DNA of 56,703 nt. It comes from Cyanobacteria bacterium J06626_4. GTDB taxonomy: Bacteria > Cyanobacteriota > Cyanobacteriia > Phormidesmidales > Phormidesmidaceae. The notes under the pieces were generated by a model. It worked only from the letters and a program-made list of their open reading frames with translations. It was not told where the DNA came from and searched no databases. The stretch's first letter is position 1. The number at the start of each line of letters is the position of its first letter. A program made the translations under genes and the position numbers. The DNA is taken from positions 1 to 56,703 of the forward strand of contig JBCBJQ010000028.1 in NCBI GenBank assembly GCA_038523235.1, read 5' to 3'. Positions 51,050 to 56,703 of this stretch are shown piece after piece.

Positions 51050-53731
51050 GTGATCGCCGTGGCCGTTGCTGTTGAATCGCTGCTCAATACTGAAATCAAC
51101 AAACCTGCTCGCTACCTGGGCAATGAACGGGGCGCTGTGCATAAATCCTGGGATGAAGCTCAGGTGCATTGGGTGCTGACCTATCCCGAGGTGTATGAGG
51201 TTGGGGCCTCTAATTTGGGGCACATCATTTTGTACAGCATTTTGAATGCGCAGCCGCGCCAGCTGTGCGATCGCGCCTATTTACCCGCTGCCGATCTGGC
51301 ACAAAAGCTGATAGAGACGCAAACGCCTCTGTTTGCGGTGGAGTCGCGGCGATCGCTTACAGCAGCCGACATTTTGGGCTTTAGTCTCGCCTACGAACTC
51401 GGGGCCACCAATATTTTAGAAATGCTCACCCTGGCGCAGATTCCCCTGACCTGGCAGGAACGGGACGCGGCCGGTGTGTGGCATGTCGAGACGGGCAGCT
51501 GGCCGCTGATCTTTGCGGGCGGACAAACCGCCACCTCGAACCCTGAACCCTATGCCGAGTTTTTTGACTTTATTGCCTTGGGTGATGGGGAAGAACTGCT
51601 GCCCGAGATTGGTTTGGTGATTGAAGAAGGCAAGGCAGCAGGCCTCAGCCGAGAAGCACTACTGCTGGACCTAGCTCAGGTACCCGGCGTCTATGTGCCG
51701 CGATTTTATGACCTGGCAGCGGATGGCACCGTGCACCCGAATCGACCGGATGTGCCGCCCCGGGTGCTGCGGCGAGTCGCGACCCCGATGCCCCACTACG
51801 CCATCGGCCTCGTGCCCTATGTGGAAACAGTGCACGATCGCCTCACGGTCGAAATTCGTCGCGGCTGCACTCGCGGCTGTCGCTTTTGTCAGCCGGGGAT
51901 GTTGACCCGTCCGGCCCGCGACGTCGATACGACCGAAGTAGTAGACGCGATCGAGAAAGGGATGCGGGCCACCGGCTACAACGAGTTCTCTCTCCTTTCG
52001 CTCAGCTGCTCCGACTATCTGGCGCTACCGGCAGTGGGGCTAGAGGTCAAAAATCGCCTCAAAGATGACAATATCTCCCTCTCACTGCCGAGTCAGCGAG
52101 TCGATCGCTTTGACGAAAATATTGCCAATATTCTGGGCGGAACGCGCCAAACCGGGCTGACCTTTGCACCAGAAGCGGGCACCCAGCGCCTGCGCGACAT
52201 CATTAACAAAGGCCTCACCAACGAGGAACTGCTGCGCGGCGTCAAGACGGCCTATGAACAAGGCTGGGATCGGGTCAAGCTGTATTTCATGATTGGGCTA
52301 CCGGGCGAGACCGATGCCGACGTCATCGGCATCGCCGAGACGGTGCGATGGCTGCAGCAGGAATGTCGGCAGCAGGGTCGCAAACCGCTCAAGATCAACC
52401 TGACGATTTCTAACTTCACGCCCAAACCCCATACCCCCTTCCAGTGGCACAGCGTCTCAACGAGCGAATTTTTGCGGAAGCAAGCCCTGTTAGGCGCGGA
52501 GTTTCGGCAGATGCGGGGCCTCAAAGCGAATTTCACCGATGTCCGCATTTCGGCGATGGAAGACTTTGTGGGCCGCGGCGATCGCCGTCTATCCGCCGTG
52601 GTGCATCGGGCCTGGCAGCTGGGAGCGGGCATGGATTCTTGGTGGGAAAGTCTTGACCGAGCCTTCAACGCTTGGACTCAAGCCATCGACGAGGCCGGCC
52701 TCTCCTGGAAATATCGCCAGGTCGAGACCGGTGAGTGGAATGTGATGGCCGAGTCGGGAGGCGATCGCGATGCCCAGCTGGCCCTGCCCCTACCCTGGGA
52801 TCATTTGGACACGGGTATCGACAAGGCCTGGCTGCAGGCCGATCTGCAGCGAGCCCTGGCGGCAGCGACCGTTCCCGACTGTTCGTTTGAGGGCTGTTCC
52901 CATTGCGGCGTGTGTGGGCCTGACTTTGGCCACAACGTCATCGTTGAGCCACCGGCCATTCCTGAGTTTTCAGGACACTTTAAGCCCGATAAAACACGGG
53001 CGCAGCGACTGCGGGTGCGCTTAGGCAAGCAAGGTGAACTCGCGCTGTTGGGACACCTCGATCTAGTGCGTCTGTTTGACCGCGCCCTACGGCGGGCGGC
53101 GATTCCGATTGCTTTTACCGGGGGCTTTCATCCAGGCCCGCGCATCTCACCGGCCAATGCCTTGCCGTTGGGTGCGACGAGTTCCGGCGAGGTGATTGAT
53201 TTTGAACTGACTGAGCCGATGGAACTGACCGCATTTCAGGCTCAGCTCGCGGCCCAGCTGCCCGCCGACATGCCAATCTTCGAGGTGGTCGATGTGCCGC
53301 TATCGCAGCCCTCAGCCACCAAATCTCTCGAACGGGCCGAGTACTTGTTGGTGTTGGCTCCAGAGGCCACTGCGGCAGCGATCCCTCACTCCGATTGGGC
53401 CGCGTGGATGGCCGAAATTCTCCGCGCCGAGAGCGTCATGTGGGAGCACACCACTAAATCAGGCAAAAAGAAGTCCGTTAACCTGCGCGATCGCCTCTTC
53501 GAGCTGACGCTGGCTGATCAGAGTCTGGTGTCTTGGCTACCGGCTCACTGGCAGGGCAACAAAGCGGACTCATCCGTCGTCATGCGCTATGTGGGCAGCT
53601 GCCGCAATGATGGCACCCTGCTGCGCCCTGAACATGTCACCTTCATGTTTGAACAGCAGGCCTCATGCCCGCTCAGCCTGCTACACGCCCATCGCCTGCA
53701 ACTGATTCTCAATCCCGAGCTGCCAGATTAG
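51050..53731 (+). CDS. TIGR03960-type radical SAM protein fused to a DUF2344 (TIGR03936-like) domain
   Basis: KPARYLGNE, CTRGCRFC, APEAG and YFMIGLP motifs, C-terminal C...CSHCGVC, then HLDL.RLFDRALRRA..P...GGFHP. Confidence 0.92.
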   Translation: MIAVAVAVESLLNTEINKPARYLGNERGAVHKSWDEAQVHWVLTYPEVYEVGASNLGHIILYSILNAQPRQLCDRAYLPAADLAQKLIETQTPLFAVESRRSLTAADILGFSLAYELGATNILEMLTLAQIPLTWQERDAAGVWHVETGSWPLIFAGGQTATSNPEPYAEFFDFIALGDGEELLPEIGLVIEEGKAAGLSREALLLDLAQVPGVYVPRFYDLAADGTVHPNRPDVPPRVLRRVATPMPHYAIGLVPYVETVHDRLTVEIRRGCTRGCRFCQPGMLTRPARDVDTTEVVDAIEKGMRATGYNEFSLLSLSCSDYLALPAVGLEVKNRLKDDNISLSLPSQRVDRFDENIANILGGTRQTGLTFAPEAGTQRLRDIINKGLTNEELLRGVKTAYEQGWDRVKLYFMIGLPGETDADVIGIAETVRWLQQECRQQGRKPLKINLTISNFTPKPHTPFQWHSVSTSEFLRKQALLGAEFRQMRGLKANFTDVRISAMEDFVGRGDRRLSAVVHRAWQLGAGMDSWWESLDRAFNAWTQAIDEAGLSWKYRQVETGEWNVMAESGGDRDAQLALPLPWDHLDTGIDKAWLQADLQRALAAATVPDCSFEGCSHCGVCGPDFGHNVIVEPPAIPEFSGHFKPDKTRAQRLRVRLGKQGELALLGHLDLVRLFDRALRRAAIPIAFTGGFHPGPRISPANALPLGATSSGEVIDFELTEPMELTAFQAQLAAQLPADMPIFEVVDVPLSQPSATKSLERAEYLLVLAPEATAAAIPHSDWAAWMAEILRAESVMWEHTTKSGKKKSVNLRDRLFELTLADQSLVSWLPAHWQGNKADSSVVMRYVGSCRNDGTLLRPEHVTFMFEQQASCPLSLLHAHRLQLILNPELPD

Positions 53732-53807
53732 AATAAGGTCGAAGCGCTCTGCGACCGTTGCGGGTTCAGACGAGCGGGCCATCATCATTCATTCGTTCAA
53801 AACTGCT

Positions 53808-54533
53808 GTGGTTACTTCCATGCTGCCAAACCCCCTCAAGGCTTTATTTCCATCGTTGCGGCGCTGGCCGGGGGCGTTAGGGCTGTGCAGCGTTGCCTTG
53901 TGTACCGTTGGCGCCACCGGGGCAATCTCTCAGCCAACCTCAGAGGCAGACACGGCCCTCGCACCCGAAGATGTCGTTTTTGAAACGTTGTTAAACCTGG
54001 ATTCTGAATATGGTTTAACTGACTTTGAAAACCCTCTCGACGCCCCTACGCAAGAGGTCAGAGCCCGACAGGAGGAAACCTCCCTCTTTGAACCCACATT
54101 GCCCAGTTTTTGGTGGCGCCGCGACCAGCTACCCACCCTCTGGCGACAAGCCGATAACACGTTAGTGAGGGTCGAAGGCTATCGCTTGGTGAGAGACTGG
54201 GTCGCTTTTCATGACTCCAGCACTGACACCCTGGTAGTTGACGTTAGAGTTGATCCGCAATATTGGAATCGCTTCAATTACTTTCAAAAATATGCCGTGC
54301 TGCAGCAATTTGGCAGTGCCGGCATGAGCTACGGCTACCACGTTAGGGTTTACAGCTCAGTCAGTCTGGCGGGAGTCCACGCCTGTGACTTTGATAGCGT
54401 TGCGACCTCAGCCACCTTAATGCCATCCCAGGTGTCACTGCCTGAGCTGAGCGAGGTCACCTGTGCCGCCGCTATCGGGCCTTTTATCGATCCCATCAGT
54501 GCTGAATTCGAAGACTTATTCGCCCCGCCGTAA
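53808..54533 (+). CDS. Hypothetical exported protein
   Basis: Signal-like N-terminus; LPSFWW and W....YFQKYAVLQQFG.....YGY pattern. Confidence 0.75.
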   Translation: MVTSMLPNPLKALFPSLRRWPGALGLCSVALCTVGATGAISQPTSEADTALAPEDVVFETLLNLDSEYGLTDFENPLDAPTQEVRARQEETSLFEPTLPSFWWRRDQLPTLWRQADNTLVRVEGYRLVRDWVAFHDSSTDTLVVDVRVDPQYWNRFNYFQKYAVLQQFGSAGMSYGYHVRVYSSVSLAGVHACDFDSVATSATLMPSQVSLPELSEVTCAAAIGPFIDPISAEFEDLFAPP

Positions 54534-55658
54534 GCGGCGCCACAGCTCGTCATAGCGGGCGATCGCCGGCTCTGCCAAGGGGCGAATGAATTCGCTCTGC
54601 TCTAGCTGTTGAGCGGTAGGACGCCGCGCCTCAGCCGCCCCCTCGACGCCAGTAGTGGCTTGTGTGGTCAGCAATCGAGGCGACACCCCTTGGGAAAACA
54701 GATTCAGGGGGGTGATCATGGTCGGTTGCCACCAGTAAGCGAGCCATTTTTGTTCCAGCTCAGTTAGCGCGATCGCAGAAGCCGCCTCAGCCTGTCGGTT
54801 GGGCTTGACCCAAACATCCGCCGACAGTAGGGTGCCGGGGTCAGGCGCTACCATGCTGAGCTGGCGATATTGCGGCAGCAGCGGTTGAATCTCTGTGGAC
54901 CAACCCACCGCTAGCCAGATGTCGCCTTTGATGAGGGCCTGCAGATAATAGTCTGAAGAATAAACCTTGACCTGCGGTGCCAGTGCATCCAACGATTCCA
55001 CCACGTCTGAGTAAGCGCTGGGATCAGGGTCATTGACAGAATGTCCCCCCGCTTTCAACATCATGCCTAAAACCAGCCGAGGATGATTCGGCAAGGCAAG
55101 TCGGCCTTGAATGTCAGGATTCAGCAAATCTTGCCAGGTTGAGGGCTGCCAACCCAAACGCTCAAACTGACGGCGCGCATAAACAATGGTCAAATAGCCC
55201 CAGCGATAAGGTGCCGCCCACAGCGAACCAGCATCCGCCAACAAGCCCTGGTCATCGCGTCGCAAGAGCGTGGGCCAGGAGGCAGAGAGCGTTGACCAAC
55301 CGGGCAGCTGCTCGATATCTTGCAACGGGACAATTAGCTGCTGTTGAATCGCTGCCAGCAACCAATAGTCACTCAGGCAAACCCAGTCAGCGCCGGGGGC
55401 CGCCGTCACCGCTGTGGTATCAGCAGTGGCCGAGGGATGCCAAGCTTGTAACTGCTGGAAAAGGGCAGCCCAATCTCTCCGGGTAGTGAGTCGCAACTGC
55501 TCAGACTCTGCCAGCCCCGATTTGAAATTATTGAGTAATTGCCGGGGCAAAACCCCCTTCAGGGTCATGATTTGCAGGGCATTATCAGTATTGCTGCGGC
55601 AGGCGACTTGTGAGACGGCCAACGCAGCCAACCCAGCCAGTAAACGTCTTCGGTCCAT
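54516..55658 (-). CDS. PotD/PotF-like polyamine ABC substrate-binding lipoprotein
   Basis: MDRRRLLAG...VAC signal, APYRWG, WQDLL and LAVGWS motifs; 3' end overlaps the convergent gene by 18 nt. Confidence 0.85.
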   Translation of the reverse strand: MDRRRLLAGLAALAVSQVACRSNTDNALQIMTLKGVLPRQLLNNFKSGLAESEQLRLTTRRDWAALFQQLQAWHPSATADTTAVTAAPGADWVCLSDYWLLAAIQQQLIVPLQDIEQLPGWSTLSASWPTLLRRDDQGLLADAGSLWAAPYRWGYLTIVYARRQFERLGWQPSTWQDLLNPDIQGRLALPNHPRLVLGMMLKAGGHSVNDPDPSAYSDVVESLDALAPQVKVYSSDYYLQALIKGDIWLAVGWSTEIQPLLPQYRQLSMVAPDPGTLLSADVWVKPNRQAEAASAIALTELEQKWLAYWWQPTMITPLNLFSQGVSPRLLTTQATTGVEGAAEARRPTAQQLEQSEFIRPLAEPAIARYDELWRRLRRGE

Positions 55659-56152
55659 AGGGGCGTGTTGATGATGAATAAATCGCTTGGTCGTTGTCAC
55701 CAAATGGGTAAAAATAGGGCTGCAGCATCGAGCCCCATGCTTCCTGAATTCATGAGCCCCAATCGCCCGTCACCGGGCTCAGCGTCCTTGACTCATCATT
55801 TCAAAGGGCGTGACCCGGCCCAGCATCGTCAGCATGAAGGTAACTAGCGGGCAGCGCCAACTACTTGTCAAGGTTACCAAACTCGTTGCCGGAATCCCGC
55901 ACAAACACTCACGTCGAGCGTCAAATCATGTCATCTTAAACGCCCAGGGGAGCCAAGAGACCAGGGAAAGATTTGCTGTCGGCTTGATCGAATGATGACA
56001 AGAGGGAGCAAACCTTCACAACAAGCCTGGGCGATCAGCGCGATCGCACTCAGGGATACAGACTGTTGCGGTCGCCCATAAACCGGTAACAACAACGAGT
56101 GAAACATCACTGCAAACACCAAGATCCATAGATTTTTATCTGGATCAGCTTG

Positions 56153-56200
56153 GTTCTTTCCGCTCCTCAAGATGCTGTTCTTTCCGCTCCTTAGGACGCT
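56153..56200. repeat. 24-bp imperfect tandem duplication
   Basis: GTTCTTTCCGCTCCTCAAGATGCT / GTTCTTTCCGCTCCTTAGGACGCT. Confidence 0.75.
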
Positions 56201-56703
56201 TTGCTAAGCGAATAAAGAACTTGCAAAGGGCTTTTATTTGCTTGGAACCTGCAGGAACAAGGCTTTCACTTGTGACTCGCAATTGCTAGCAGTCAAAAAA
56301 TGTCTTTAACAGCTCCCTTGAGTTCTATCTAACCGATTTAAAGTCCTGCTTTTGATAGATGAAACTTTTGCTGGCAGACATCGACAAGGCAAAACTAGGC
56401 GACTGTCGGCGCTTACTCAGATCTTGTGTTCAGCACTACAAAGTCCATGTTCTTCAAGGCTTTTAGCTTCTCTCTCAGAAGTTTTACCTAGCGCCAAAAC
56501 GATTAGGCGACCAGTATTTTGCGCTAGATGGGTGATCTGATCAAAGTTTTTCTTCGATCAGGACTTAATGAACTTATGTGTCTCGAAAATTGCCAACGAA
56601 CCGCGACTAACTTGTGGCAAACGGGCAGGATATTATCCTCAAACCCCGACACAGAAAACTCTTGACCTCAATGGGCCAACTCAAATAAAAACAGTTTTTA
56701 TTT

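Larger units (their letters stand above)
2519..56048. repeat. HIP1 octamer GCGATCGC, dispersed in many copies
   Basis: Examples at 2519-2526, 3283-3290 and 5318-5325, with many more in coding and intergenic DNA; a hallmark of cyanobacterial genomes. Confidence 0.95.

Noticed and set aside
56153..56200. Mini CRISPR array
   Set aside because: Two adjacent 24-bp units with no spacer between them and no cas genes
1..56703. tRNA, rRNA, tmRNA, SRP RNA, RNase P RNA, transposase or integrase genes; the many short overlapping ORFs in the track
   Set aside because: No diagnostic motifs seen by eye. The short overlapping ORFs are antisense or alternate-frame shadows typical of GC-rich coding DNA.

Overview
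A 56.7 kb chromosomal window from a moderately GC-rich cyanobacterium. The evidence is psbD, ycf4, the cyanobacterial panC-cmk fusion and dense HIP1 octamers (GCGATCGC); the style suggests a filamentous Leptolyngbya/Nodosilinea-like lineage, which is inference only. Most of the window is core genome: ilvN, infC, rplI, tpiA, cysS, rbfA, nagZ, dam, panC/cmk, psbD, ycf4, a cyclophilin, a fabF-like gene and a radical SAM gene. I found no rRNA, tRNA, CRISPR array or transposase. The ORF track misses two genes: a P-loop NTPase-TPR gene truncated at the left edge (1-2220, minus) and a 52-aa DUF2256 gene (40386-40544). The most interesting observations are: (1) a 96-aa protein joining a Nif11-type N-terminal domain, with no Gly-Gly site, to a C-terminus resembling the ATP synthase inhibitor AtpTheta (AtpT/Norf1), next to an atypical transketolase and REP-like palindromes; (2) a HIP1-free NTPase-TPR (STAND-like) gene; (3) a ycf4-linked psbD that lacks psbC and has twin AUAAA-loop hairpins in its leader; (4) a perfect LexA box next to a -10 element upstream of dam; (5) a frameshifted FHA gene; (6) an NTT/HEAT transporter and its probable cNMP partner separated in a way that one inversion would explain. 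All family assignments come from motif recognition by eye, not database searches.
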